From NCBI GenBank assembly GCA_951406725.2, contig OX597842.1, forward strand, positions 5,828,001 through 5,892,000: DNA of 64,000 nucleotides, in the 5' to 3' direction. How positions within the stretch are numbered: the first letter of the stretch is position 1; every line of letters begins with the position of its first letter. Shown here piece by piece: positions 52,075-64,000 of the stretch. The DNA comes from Octopus vulgaris. Lineage: Eukaryota. The notes beneath the pieces were generated by a model. That model had not been told where the DNA came from. It did not search any database and saw only the letters and a program-made list of their open reading frames with translations. A program made the position numbers and the translations under genes.

Positions 52075-53545
52075 ATGGGAGAAGGCAGAAGGCGCCAGCC
52101 GACCCTCTGCTTCTCTAAAACATTGTTTTTTTTTTTTAAATACATGTACCGAGATAATGACCCTCTTACAATTTAAGATACAATTTCTTTGGACCACAAA
52201 TTACATTAAAAAAAATCAAATTAGAGGCAATAAACCTTTACAATTCTTCCTCCAGTAAATCTTGTGCAACTTGCAGGCATTGTTGCAACCGAAATCTGGG
52301 GCTCCAATAGAGAATTATGAAATTCTCGTTTTTACACGAGTCAATTATATTGTTACGCAGCTTTCTTTCCAGCACCAGAGCAGCTACCTGCGAAGGCCAC
52401 TCTGGGCTGTCAATGCAATTCAGTTCCCTCAGGATCCGACTGTCCATATGGTTTTCGACAAAACTGTCAATAGCCCCTCCACTGAGGTAGCAGAACATAC
52501 ATTCTTCACCACCTTCACTGGGAGGGGCCTCAACTCCTTCACTCGGTGGCACACATCCCACTGGCGAGGTTATATTCCCCCCACCACCGGTGGCACATGT
52601 CCCACCGAAGGGGTTTCAGGACATGCCGTCACCGGCAATGCCCCGTTTTTCTTTTTCTTTTTTCCTTTTATGACACCACACTGTTGCGAATTTGACAACC
52701 CTTGCAATGTTCTTAATAGTTGGCAGGTATTCTGCCAACTCTTTTTCAATCTCGCCCTGCGAGAATACAGTGATGGTGTCAAGGGACTTGGAGTACGTCT
52801 TTAACACCATCATTCTCTCCTTTCTGTCCACTATCCCCTGTTTGGGGGGGGGGGCACAATTTCCCACTCCAACACAGTGGTTTTTTTCGTTGCCATGATT
52901 TTAAATGTAAAAAAAAAAGAGAAAAAGAGTTCAAACAAAAGTTCAAAGTTCTAAATAAAAGTACAATAAAAAAACACAAAGAAAGAACAGAAAGACAGAG
53001 CAGAGAAAAGAACGAAGGAAGACAGTTCAATCAATGGCAACACAGTTCTGCAACTCTGGTAATCCTAACGAAACAGGGTACTCCAGTCGCAGCACAATTG
53101 GTTCTTTCTGCCTTGGTACTCCGTGGTAAATCCAGTGGAAAACACAAGCAAACAAATTAATTTTTGCGGAGGGGCTACGCCTCCTCAAAAACCACAATTC
53201 TCACTGCAAAATGGGTCTTTACACACGACAACACCAGACAAATGTCTGGAGCAGAGTGGAGACTGTTGCTCAACAAAAAAATATTGAATACAGGGCAACA
53301 AACTTCATTAAGCCCTCAAAAAAACACAACAAACACCTACCTGTAGTTGAGCCTCAAATTTCAATACTTCACGAAAAACGTGTCTTCATGTAGCAAGAAC
53401 TCTCCTTGCAGCAGCTTCTTTTGGCAGCCAAACACAACTGGCCAACTTCTTCAGTGCACAACACTATGGTACATGCGCACACCGACAACAGAGAATCATA
53501 GGAAGTCTCAAAGCGCTCACAATACTACTTGAAAGACAAAAGGAC
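52075..53545 (-). mobile_element. Probable L1/Tx1-like non-LTR remnant: 5'UTR, ORF1-like sequence, short 3'UTR and A-tract, no ORF2
   Basis: ORF 52616..52867 KTYSKSLDTI...GEIEKEL...IARVVKFAT resembles 35520-35640; ORF 52238..52561 ends LLEEEL*; A12 on minus at 52126-52137. Confidence 0.45.
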
Positions 53546-53638
53546 GCATCAGATAATGTATATAGTTGCAGGCATGGCTATTTGGGAAGAAGCTTGCTTC
53601 CCAACTATATGATACCGGTTTAGTCCCACTGTGTAGAA

Positions 53639-56296
53639 CAGTGCTGCCCAACCCTTTCCGAACATGGGCCGGATTTAAGAAAAAAAACGATACTAGTGGG
53701 CCGGACTCACATTTCTAGCCTTTCATTTTTTAATACAACTATTTGAAATAGTTTGAAAAAGTATTCAGAACTGAAAACATTCATTCTATTATTCTATTTA
53801 TAGAAATTATCCATTATACAATTATAATTCATAACTCAATTTAAACATAGGGGTCCTACATATGATACTATTTCTATTACTTCTTCACTGCTATCAAAAA
53901 ATTATAGTCTCCAGATATTACATGAATACGAAATGACCATTAAAAATTTTAATTTAAAACCTTACATCCTATAAATTGAATTTAACAATTGATCAAGATT
54001 AAAAAAAAACATTTGTTCAAATAAATGGTTTGTATTTCAATAATAAAACAATTTTATTTTAGATGTATACTGGTAATGAACGAAAATATCAGTGAGAAAC
54101 TTGAAATTGTTTCGAGTCATCAAGAAGCTTTTCAATGTCTGCTGGAATATTTGTTAAGGCCAGTCGGAGTTCATCTTCGAGGTGAGCATCACTCAAAGAA
54201 TTCACATATCCACGTCGAACCGAACAAAATGAGAAAGCGTTTTGAGTAGCAACTAATATTTGGATATGTGAGGCAGCCCATATTTGTAGAAGTCCATCAG
54301 ATTCCTATTTAAAAACTGACTCTTAGCATCAAAGTCACTTTGTAATTCATTCAATTCCATTTGAAGCCCAATGGGGGCATCAGCAGGATCCACGTCAAAA
54401 GGCATTAAAAAAAATTTCAGCTGGTCTTCACAAGCACGGAAATCCTTAAATCTCCTGGCAAATTCTTCCTGCATCCGTTTTAACTCACTCACAAAGAATT
54501 CCCGATTTATGGCTGAAATGTGTGGCTGTTCCTGAAGTCAAGGAAAGTGAGCATAATTACTGTCAGCAATTTGAGTAATCCACAAATCCAGTTTCTTTTG
54601 GAAAGCTGTCACCTCCCCAAACAAATTATGGATGAGTTTTTCTTTTCCTTGTAACCGCACATCCAACTTGTGTGTAATGTCCACCAGAAAGGAAGAATCA
54701 TTCATCCATTTGTCTTCATCAAAACTGATGCATAAATTTCCTTTTGTTTCAAGAAATGCTGCCACATGTTCTCGAATATCGTAAAAGCGTTTCAAAGTAC
54801 GTCCACGGCTGAGCCACCTGATCTCAGTAAAGTAAGGAAAGCCAAAAAATTCGGCGTTTATCTCATCGAGAAAATTTCGAAACTGTCGATGATTTAACGC
54901 GTAACTCTGAATGAAGTTGACAGCTTTCACGACATTATCCATGACCTGATCAAACTTAATGATTTTGGAGCAAAGTGATTCCTGATGTATAATGCAATGG
55001 TACCACAATATTTGGTCTTTACTCACATTCAGGGATTCCAGTTTTCTTGGGATGAAACCACGCAAGCCTTGTTCCTTGCCGATCATCGCTGGTGTACCAT
55101 CGGTAGCAATTCCCACCAGGCGATCGTAAGTCAGTCCCACCTTTTCGAGTGCAATATCAATTTCTTTGAAAACAGCAGCACTGTGCAATTTTCTTTCATG
55201 GGGCATAGAGCAAGTAATTCTTCAGTGATATTAAAGCTTGAATCAACACCTCGCACGAAAATCGCCAGTTGTGGCGTATCAGTCATGTCAGTAGATTCGT
55301 CGATGGCAATGCTGTACGTTTCGAAGTTTTTACAAAGTTCGTTCAACTGCATTTTCGTATTTTCGGCCAGTTCTTCAATCCTTCGGGTTATTGTATTACG
55401 CAACAAGCTAACACATTCTATAGCTTCCTCTTTCTCTGGGCACAGAATTTCAATCGCACCGAGATGATACAATCTTTTCAGCAATGACGAAACTTACTTT
55501 GGCGTATTTTTTCGATCCATCATCTATTTTCCGAAAAATATTCTGTTGCGAATCTTTGAAGTAAAAGTACTTGATCTCCTTCATAACGATTATGGGCCGA
55601 AGCGTGCTTTAATGTGTAATGCCGTTTCACATTTTCAACTTTTGGAACTGCAACTGTTTCACCACAGATCAGACAGAGACATTTTGCATTTGATTCCACA
55701 AAGAAATATAAATTTGTCCATGCCTCGTTAAACCTGCAATTCTCCTTGTCTACTTTTCTGATCTTTCTAGCCGACGCCATGGATGAACAAAATTTGAAAT
55801 TTATTGTGAAAAAGAAACAACTGTAATTTGCTCATCGGTATAAGAAGGTTTCCGTATCAAAAGTTGTGCATGAGTAAATTTGAAATTAAATCATCTCAAA
55901 TGCCAGTTTTATAGAATTATTCATTCATCCACAGCACAAAATCTAACGAAATTCTTAGGTGGTGATTTCGATTGAACGATGTCGTGATTGGCTACTGGCT
56001 TGACTTTACAGTTTTCAGTCACCGAAAATCGGTATTCATCCACAGCACGGCCAGCAGTTGACTCAGCATGCTTAAAACTATCTCTGTCGCAGATAAATCA
56101 CGTCTCATAATGACTTATGGAGAAGACCTGCGTGTAGCACATGTCCTCGACATAAAGAGGATACTTTAATGTGATTTTTTGTGATCTACGAATACATTTT
56201 TTGTAATTTGCATTGCAGATACCCATAAATTAAAGACCAACTAACGGACCGGATTCTAAGGCTTTGTGGGCCGGATCCGGACGTTGGGCAGCACTG
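53639..56296 (-). mobile_element. Full-length hAT DNA transposon (Buster/Charlie/SPIN-like)
   Basis: Perfect 14-bp TIRs CAGTGCTGCCCAAC (53639-53652) / GTTGGGCAGCACTG (56283-56296); perfect 8-bp TSD GTGTAGAA (NNNTANNN); subterminal GGGCCGGA repeats. Confidence 0.97.
54089..55780 (-). pseudogene. hAT transposase (GTF2IRD2/EPM2AIP1-like family), frameshifted
   Basis: BED-like finger CLICGE...VKRHYTLKH; SIAIDESTD; QLAIFVRG; ATDGTPAM; HCIIHQESLC; TEIRWLSRG; LQG; FGSTWICE dimerisation motif; split over at least 4 ORFs. Confidence 0.93.
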
Positions 56297-56584
56297 GTGT
56301 AGAACCTTATGTAAAGTCTTCTATAACAGCCTTGGGTTGGCCAAAGCTATGTGAGTGGATTTGGTAGGTGGAAACTGGAAGAAGCCCATCGTGTGTATGT
56401 GTTTGTCCTCCATCACCACTAACCAGCCAGTGTTGTTATGCTTAAATCTCCTAACTTAGCAGTTCGGCAAAAGAGGACAAAACATGGAAGAAAACTGCAT
56501 AAAATGGCTCCCAAAACGTTGGATATCTTTTACCAAAGGTACTCAGGGAAAAGCCTGAGAAATTTATATGTTTTTTTTATCTTT

Positions 56585-56684
56585 NNNNNNNNNNNNNNNN
56601 NNNNNNNNNNNNNNNNNNNNNNNNNNNNNNNNNNNNNNNNNNNNNNNNNNNNNNNNNNNNNNNNNNNNNNNNNNNNNNNNNNNN
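56585..56684. other. Assembly gap (100 N)
   Basis: Run of n. Confidence 1.
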
Positions 56685-57075
56685 TTTTTTATCTTTTACT
56701 TGTTTCAGTCATTATATAGTGGCCATGCAGGGGTACTGCCTTGAAAATTTGTTATTTGAATGAATAGACCCCAGTACTTATTTTTAAGCCTAGTCCTTAT
56801 TCTATCAGTTTATTTTGCCCAACCGCTCTATTACAGGGACCAACACACCAACGCCAGTTATCAAGCAGTGGTAGGGGACAAACACAGACACAAAACTACA
56901 CACACATATATATACATACAGTGGGCTTCTTTCAGTTCCCATCTACCAAATCTACTCACAAGTCTTTGGTCGGCTGAGGCTATATTAGAAGACACTTGCC
57001 CAAGGTGTCATGCAGTGGAACTGTACCCAGAATCATGTGGTTGGGAAGCAAGCTTCTTATCACACAGCCAAGCCT
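56685..57075 (-). mobile_element. SINE family A, diverged
   Basis: Tail-to-head match on minus. Confidence 0.87.
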
Positions 57076-57497
57076 GATAATTAAAAAAATGATGATGTCA
57101 TTAAAGAACATTGTTGTGAGAACTTCAAGACATGGCAATGGAACAAAGATTACGTTTGGCTGGTGATGTTCCGCAGTAACCAGATCATACCATTATTATG
57201 CAAAACAGCACTGAGATAGACACCAGAGAAACAAAGACAGGAGAGACCACTGACCACTCTTGGGGCTGAATTTTTCAGAACCACCCAACGGTTATCAACA
57301 AACAATGGAAAAACAGGTTGAGTACACTGAGGACCATAAACATGAACAGGAACAATTCACTGGACAACAAAGATTTTGCTGCTGGGATAAAAGCATGTGT
57401 TTTAGGCCAAATCGAGGATGCTGATTCTGAATCTGCTCTCAGAATTTTTCTAGCACATCAGGATTTTGAGTTATGTGCATGTACAAGATTATAACTC

Positions 57498-57674
57498 TAG
57501 GCGCAGGAATGGCTGTGTGGTAAGTAGCTTGTTTACCAACCACATGGTTCCGGGTTCAGTCCCACTGCGTGGCACCTTGGGCAAGAGTCTTCTACTATAG
57601 CCCCGGGCCGACCAAAGCCTTGTGAGTGGGTTTGGTAGATGGAAACTGAAAGAAGCCCATCATATATATGTATG

Positions 57675-57709
<35 letters not shown>

Positions 57710-57920
57710 TTGTGTGTCTGTGTTTGTGCCCCTAGCATTGCTTGACAACCGATGCTGGTGTGTTTATGTCCCTGTTACTTAGCGGTTCAGAAAAAGAGAC
57801 CAATAGAATAAGTACTGGGCTCACAAAAGAATAAGTCCCGGGGTCGAATTGCTCGATTAAAGGCAGTGCTCCATCATGACTGCAGTCAAATGACTGAAAC
57901 AAGTAAATGAGAGAGATGAG
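57498..57920 (+). mobile_element. SINE family A inside the left end of the Chapaev-like element
   Basis: Full head-to-tail match. Confidence 0.93.
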
Positions 57921-58092
57921 AAAGTTCATTATTTAGTTTAGCAATAGATGGCGCTGATGTATTGTGTGCCATGCCAAATGCATCAGTTTGTTGTTGGTAA
58001 CTCTCAGTGTCGTTTTGGCTGCCGTCCTGTGTGTTAGTTGTATCTCTTGCTCTGCGTGATTACTGTTTTAACTGAGTTCATTGTGTTGGATC

Positions 58093-59698
58093 ATGAATCG
58101 GAGAGGCTGTGTGAATCACTCAGACAACTTTTGTTATGTCTGTGGAAAATTTGCTCCATGTGACCAGCGGAAGAACATTGCCACAAAATTAAAAACTGCC
58201 TATAAATATTTCAGGTGTAAAGTTGGGGACCAAGACAAAAGGTGGGCACCTCATATATGCTGCACTATGTGTTACTCAGCGCTAAATGGAAAACAGAAAA
58301 GAATGCCTTTTGCTGTACCAATGGTATGGTGGGAACCAACCAATCACGTCTCTGATTGTTACTTTTGCATCACTAATATTGGTGGTTTCTCAAAGAAGTT
58401 CAAAGCAAAAATGTAGATTGTCAGTTGGTCCTAAAACTGGTCCCACATGACTGCGAAAGCCCTGTCCCAGTTCCCCTCTCACATGCTCCACTTGAAAATC
58501 TTGACATGTTGTACAATGAACCCCCTGACTCTCCTATCGACAAAGAGTATGTGGTTGATTCTAAGGAAAATGAGCCAGGCTAGTTTCATCAAGAGGATTT
58601 GAATGATTTAGCAAGAGAGGGCAGAAGTTTGGGGGACCAAACTACAACAACGGAATCTCCTACAGCAACATATGAAAATTTCTATCTTCCGCTCTTACCA
58701 TAAAGGCTTATCTATTTTTTTCAAGCAAGAAAATAATGCTTGTTTCTGTCCTGATGCTAATGCACTCATGCAAAAACTAGGACACGTGCATGTGGCTAAC
58801 AAATGGGGAATGTTTATAGACTCAAGCAAGTTTCAAAGCTATGTTGTTACAGAATGGTAATGAAAACCCTTTCCTTCCTGTGGGTCATGTTGTTGGTACG
58901 GAAGAAACTTATGAAACAATGGAACTCATTCTAAAAGGAGTTAATTACTCAGTTCATAAGTGGAATATTTGTGGTGATTTCCCTCCTCCTGGGACTGCAC
59001 CTGGGATATACCAAAAATATGTGCTTCTTGTGTGTTTGGAACAGCCATAACAACAGCAATCATTACACTGTAAAAGACTGGTCTAAAAGAGATGAACGCA
59101 TAGTTAGTAGGGACAATGTGCAGCATATGCCACTGGTAGACCTGAAAAAGGTATTCCTTCCACCCCTTCACAACAAACTTGGCTTCAGGAAAAACTTTGT
59201 TAAAGCAATGACACATGATGGTTGTGGTTTCCAGTACCTAAAAGTAAAATTTGGCGCAGAGAAAACTGAAAGCAGGCATTTTCATTGGACTTGAGATCAA
59301 AGAATTGATATCTGATAGCAAATTGAGAGGTAAACTGAATCCAATTCAGCTGACAACATGGGATTCATTTGTATTAGTTAAACAGAACTTTCTTGGAAAT
59401 CATAGAGTCGAAAACTATGTTGATTTAATAAACAACATGCTAACAGCGTATGAAAGAATGGGATGCCAAGTGTTCCTTAAAATGCACTTCTTGTATTCTC
59501 ATCTCGATGATTTTCCAACAAATCTTTGGTGCCATTAGTAATAAGCATGGTGAGAGGTTCCACCAAGACATATCTGAGAAGGAAATGAGGTATCAAGGTT
59601 GGTTCAATCCATGCATGATGGGTGACTACTGCTGGATCCAACAACAGGAGACCAGCATGATGCATAAGTGCAAGAGCAAGTGTCTCAAACATTTCTGA
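58093..59698 (+). pseudogene. Chapaev3-like transposase, frameshifted
   Basis: N-terminal zinc finger CVNHSDNFCYVCG...GDQDKRWAPHICCTMC...PMVW.EP.NH..DCYFC; MFIDSSK; WNICGD; PPLHNKLG..KNFVKAM; KMHFLYSHLD; HGERFHQDI; MMGDYCW. Confidence 0.85.
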
Positions 59699-59792
59699 GC
59701 ATATAAAAAAATAAAGTGAGTATTCCCTTAACATAAATATACTGTGTACCATTATATTATAATACTATTTTCCTTGAACATGTATACAGTAC

Positions 59793-60134
59793 TGAGACCC
59801 CCTTCGGTCATGACTGACCATGGGCTTGCACCTAGAAAGTTACCCTCTCAGGCACAAGTCTGGGCAAGGTTGTTTTATGGAATACCAGCAGTTGCGCATG
59901 AATACCGCCCCCCCCCCTTCACGCCACCAGTGTTATCCAATATCCACAGGAAAGGCAAGGGCCGATACAGCTTGGCACTTGTGATGTTGCAACTCATTTC
60001 TACAGCTGAGTGAACTGGAGCAACGTGAAATAAAGTGTCTTGCTCAAGAACTCAACACAACCCAGTCAGGGATTCGAACTCACAACTTCACAATCGTAAG
60101 TTTGACGCTCTAACCACTGAACCATGCGCCTTCA
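59793..60134 (-). mobile_element. tRNA-derived SINE (family C-like head and core, distinct tail)
   Basis: Minus GGCGCATGGTTCAGTGGTTAGAGCG A-box, GAGTTCGAATCC B-box, TTCTTGAGCAAGACACTTTATTTCACGTTGCTCCAG core. Confidence 0.85.
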
Positions 60135-60227
60135 CAGTATTAATATACTATTATAATAATTATTTATCCTGAACTTAACTATTACTAATTCTAATATAGT
60201 ATTAATATATATGTATTTTTAAAAAAA

Positions 60228-60431
60228 TGTTTTTTTTACTTGTTTCAGTCATTTGATTGCGGCCATGCTGGAGCACTGCCTTTAATCGAGCAACTCGACC
60301 TCGGGACTTATTCTTTGTAAGCCCAGTACTTATTCTATTGGTCTCTTTTGCTGAACCGCTAAGTGACGGGGACATAAACACACCAGCGTCGGTTGTCAAG
60401 CAATGCTAGGGGGACAAGCACAGACACACAA

Positions 60432-60466
<35 letters not shown>

Positions 60467-60632
60467 CGACGGAGCTTCTTTCAGTTTCCATCTACCAAAT
60501 CCACTCACAAGGCTTTGGTCGGCCCAAGGCTATAGTAGAAGACACTTGCCCAAGGTGCCACACAGTGGGACTGAACTCGGAACCATGTGGTTGGTAAACA
60601 AGCTACTTACCACACAGCCACTCCTGCGCCTA
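60228..60632 (-). mobile_element. SINE family A inside the right end of the Chapaev-like element
   Basis: Full head-to-tail match on minus. Confidence 0.93.
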
Positions 60633-61186
60633 TTTATGTGCATAACTCAAAATCCTGACGTGCTATAGCAATTCTGAGTTCAGATTTGGAATCAGTCTAC
60701 TCAATTTAGTTTTAGTACAGCACCATTTGTCTGGGTAGCAGACAATAAATCTTTCTTTGTTGCTCAATCTAGCTACCACATATTACTGTTTAAAAGTTTT
60801 TTTTACCTAAAAAAAGCATTCCAGAAAATCAATCTGCAACTTGTAAGTCATAGTTATAGGTAAGTATTGACACAGGTAGTCTGGAAAATAAATCGGTTTC
60901 CAGAGTTATTAGTATTTATTTGCGACAGAGGCACTGTTGATGCTAAGTGGTAATATTTATCCCCACTTAAATGTGGATTTTTGTTAGAACAAAGTATGCT
61001 GTGGTAGTTACTGTGAGAAAATCTTTCATATTGGCTGGTAACTAATGCAGTAGAATTTGTTATAACAGAACATCAATGTTTAAGTGGAGATAGATACTAC
61101 CTCTCAGAATTATTAGTATTTTTTGTGGTAACAATGTACAGGGATGTACCCATATACAATGACCCTTTAAACGAGAAGATGTAGAA

Positions 61187-61597
61187 TAGGCGCAGAAGTG
61201 GCTGTGTGGTAAGTAACTTGCTTACCAGCCACATGGTCATGGGTTCAGTCCCACTGCGTGGCAGCTTGGGCAAGTGACTTCTGCTATAGCCTCAGGCTGA
61301 CCAAAGCCTTGTGAGTGGATTTGGTAGATGGAAACTGGAAGAAGCCCGTCGTATATATATATATATATATGTATGTGTGTATATGTTTGTGTGTCCGTGT
61401 TTGTCCCCCCAACATCACTTGACAACCGGTGCTGGTGTGTTTACATTCCCGTAACTTAGTGGTTCGGCAAAAGAGATCGGTAGAATAAGTACTAGGCTTA
61501 CACAGAAGAAGCTCTGAGGTTGATATACTCGACTAAAGGCAGTGCTCCAGCATGGCCACAGTCAAATGACTGAAACAAGTAAAAGAATAAAAGAATA
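61187..61597 (+). mobile_element. SINE family A, full length
   Basis: Head-to-tail match. Confidence 0.92.
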
Positions 61598-61905
61598 GCA
61601 AATGTTTTTCCTGAAGAAAATTAAACTCGTATAACATACTGAAATTTGATCAATAAACCACAAATAGACTCTACATGTGAACAAGAAAGTGAGAGACCAT
61701 TCGGTTAACAAGCTGAAATTCGAACAACAAACCAGGTGTAGAGTACATATATAAGTGATTGGGAGAGCATGTACAAATGGTTTGTAAACGTATGCAGTTC
61801 TCGTACAAATAATCATATTTTATATAAAAAAATGTTCCTCTTTTTTCTTTTTGACTAAAAACATAACCATGGATGGACAAAGGGGAAAACTCACACACAC
61901 ATATT

Positions 61906-63925
61906 GATCATCATCATCATCATTGTCGTTTAACATCTGATTTCCATGCTGGTATGAGTTGGATCGTTTGACTGAGGACTGGTGAGCCAGAAGGCTGCAC
62001 CAGGCTCCAATCTGATTTCGCAAAGTTTTTTACGCCTGGATGCCCTTCCTAACGCCAACCACTCTGAGAATGTAGTGGGTGCTTTTATGTGGCACCGGCA
62101 TGAGTCTAGCAGTTACACTTTCAGCACACCCTCTCCCGCTACTGACTTGGTCACCTAGGTAATGGAAGCTATCAACTACTAATAGTTTTTCTCTCTGGAT
62201 TGTCAAAGAAGCTGTTCTCTGCACATTTTCAATGTTTATTGTTCCTGAGCATTTGCCACATACAAAAACAATCTTCCCAGTTAGCCTTTCTTTCATATTG
62301 CTGCACCTCTTGTGTGTCCATAGCTTACACTGGGTACATTTTATGGAGTTTCTACCTACGCCTTTTCTACAGATCGAGCAGGGCCATTTACCTGAAGGGA
62401 TTTGTGGTTTGTCTGCCTTCCTATTTATTAAGACTTTGGTTTTAGCTAGGTTTACTCTAAGGCCCTTTGATTCTAATCCTTACTTCAACACCTGAAACTT
62501 TTCCTCTAGTTCTAATAACAACTCAGCAATTAGAGTAGGGTCATCAGCAAAGGAACTCCCAGGGGCATCCTGTCCTGAATTCCTCTGTTATTTCCTGGAG
62601 GACTATGATGAATAAGAGGAGGCTGAGGACTCATCCTTGGTGGACCCCTACCCCTACCCAGAATTCTTCACTGTACTCGTTGCCAACCCTCACCTTACTG
62701 ACAGCATCCCTGTACATGACTTGCACAGCTCTCACTAACCACTCATCTATCCCTAGTTTTCTCATTGACCACCAGATAAGAGATCGGTGAACCCTTTCAA
62801 AGGCTTTCTCCATGTCAACAAAAGCCAGGTACAGAGGTTTATCTTTGGCTAGGTATTTACCTTGCAGCTGTCTTACCAGAAATATAGCATCAGTGGTGCT
62901 TTTTCCCTGGTATGAACCCAAACTGCATCTCATCTAGACTAACTCTCTCTCTAATTAGTTGGGCTATGACCCTCTCCGTGATCTTCATCAACTGATCCAA
63001 CAACTGTAATTATTTGTATCTAAAGTGTCACCTTTACCTTTGTAGCAATTGACTATGATGCTGCTACACCAGGCATTGGGTATGACTCCTTTGTGTATCA
63101 CCTGGTTGACTATACAGGTGCCTAGGCTATAGCTGACATTGCCAGATGTTTTGAGCATCTCTGCAGTGATTCCTGATAGGCTTTCCCTGTCTTCATACCC
63201 TTAATTGCTTTATCTACCAAGGTACTGTCACTTCAAATAGCTGGTCCCTCTGTTGGGTCGGCATTCGGCAGACTCTTTCTCCCATTCATTCTCTTTATTT
63301 AGCAACCTTTCATAGTGGTGTTTCCAAACCTCTCTCTTTGCAGCCTCGTTTAATGCAAGTGAACCATCATGCATGCAGACACATTTCTCTCCTAAGACAA
63401 CACGAAATACTCAAGTGTTTGGTCCTCATGACGCAGAACATTGGCAAATTTTTTCGTATCTGCTTCCCTTCGGCTACATAAACCTGTCTCCTAGCTTCCC
63501 TTCTGGCAGTCTGATGCAATTCCCTGCAACCACCATTCTTCCAGTCCTTCCAAGCTTGTTTCTTTTCCCTAATGGCCCTGTCAACAACATTGTTCCTCCA
63601 CCATGTTACCTTGGGTCGAGAGGGGAGATTGCACCATCCACAGATCTGGTTAGTGGCCCTCAGCAGGTTGTCCTGTAGAAACCTCCAATTGTCATCCACA
63701 TCATGTGATGCTATATCCCCCTCTATTTCGTCAAAAGCTTCAACTAATACGTCTCTAAATCTCTGTCCATTCACAGGATCTTCAAGCTTCCAGATCCTTC
63801 TCCTCCATGTTGGTCGTCTTCTGGGCATCCATTTAGCCCTGATCCTAAAGTTGCTAACGACTAGTCTATGTTGTAGGGTACATTCTTCACCTGGGAAGGT
63901 TTTGGCATTTATAAGCAGCCATTGA
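61906..63925 (-). mobile_element. RTE-clade LINE, degraded, with a large deletion joining the ORF to the 3' tail at ~62100
   Basis: QHRLVV, WWRNNVVDRAIREKKQAWK, STTDAIFLVRQLQGKY, AFVDMEKAF, VGVHQG, FHYLGD; tail GTTGGCGTTAGGAAGGGCATCC...GATGATGAT on minus. Confidence 0.92.
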
Positions 63926-64000
63926 CATATTAAACATAATTTCATGCCTTTATGTGGATTTAGGATGTGGCATGGAAGGGGTTATCCTTTTTATATGTAT

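Larger units (their letters stand above)
53567..56480 (+). mobile_element. SINE family A copy split by the hAT element (53567-53638 and 56297-56480)
   Basis: ...tagtcccactGTGTAGAA|hAT|GTGTAGAAccttatgtaaagtcttcta...gtgagtggatttggtag continues the SINE. Confidence 0.85.
57358..60769 (+). mobile_element. Chapaev3-like (CMC superfamily) DNA transposon with nested SINEs
   Basis: Imperfect ~120-130-bp TIRs: left CACTGGACAACAAA...CTAGCACATCAGGATTTTGAGTTATG (57358-57480), right CATAACTCAAAATCCTGACGTGCTA...TTTGTTGCTCAATC (60636-60769); TSD not resolved. Confidence 0.8.

Noticed and set aside
54089-55780. Host GTF2IRD2/EPM2AIP1-like gene
   Set aside because: Bounded by TIRs and a TSD, intronless and frameshifted: a transposon, not a domesticated gene.
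57100-57350. Possible ancient RTE C-terminal fragment
   Set aside because: Similarity is too weak to support by eye.
60060-60134. tRNA-like sequence with A and B boxes (also the heads of family A SINEs)
   Set aside because: It continues directly into a SINE core and tail, and no complete cloverleaf acceptor stem is evident; it is a SINE head, not a tRNA gene.

Overview
Eukaryotic, gene-poor, repeat-saturated animal DNA. The repeat repertoire (a ~400-bp tRNA-headed SINE with an internal TA/TG microsatellite, RTE and CR1-like LINEs, huge TA/TACA arrays) looks like an octopus/coleoid cephalopod genome; this is pattern recognition, not a database result. I found no intact host protein-coding gene, no true tRNA/rRNA gene and no CRISPR array. 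Almost all long ORFs in the track are stop-free translations of alternating purine-pyrimidine microsatellites. The window is essentially a nested transposon graveyard. It holds about 24 copies or fragments of one SINE family plus two other SINE families, and degraded RTE, CR1-like, HERO-like, Penelope-like and L1/Tx1-like retroelements. The DNA transposons are a full-length hAT (Buster/Charlie-type) element with perfect TIRs and an 8-bp TSD, a Chapaev3-like element, maT/mariner/Tigger fragments, a pogo/Tc2-like MITE, Helitrons (including a PIF1 helicase remnant) and a Helentron-type HINE. Best leads: (1) the dominant SINE and the CR1-like LINE share a 3' tail with a covarying stem-loop (candidate SINE-LINE pair); (2) two SINEs sit in mirror image just inside both TIRs of the Chapaev3-like element; (3) a Helitron carries the 5' end of an L1/Tx1-like element, and a related ORF1-only (HAL1-like) element lies nearby; (4) a near-perfect 161-bp hairpin and degenerate Penelope hammerhead motifs; (5) multi-kb strictly alternating R/Y tracts. 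None is proven to be a new biological system. Coordinates of degraded elements are approximate (about +/-10-30 bp) unless TIRs or TSDs are quoted.
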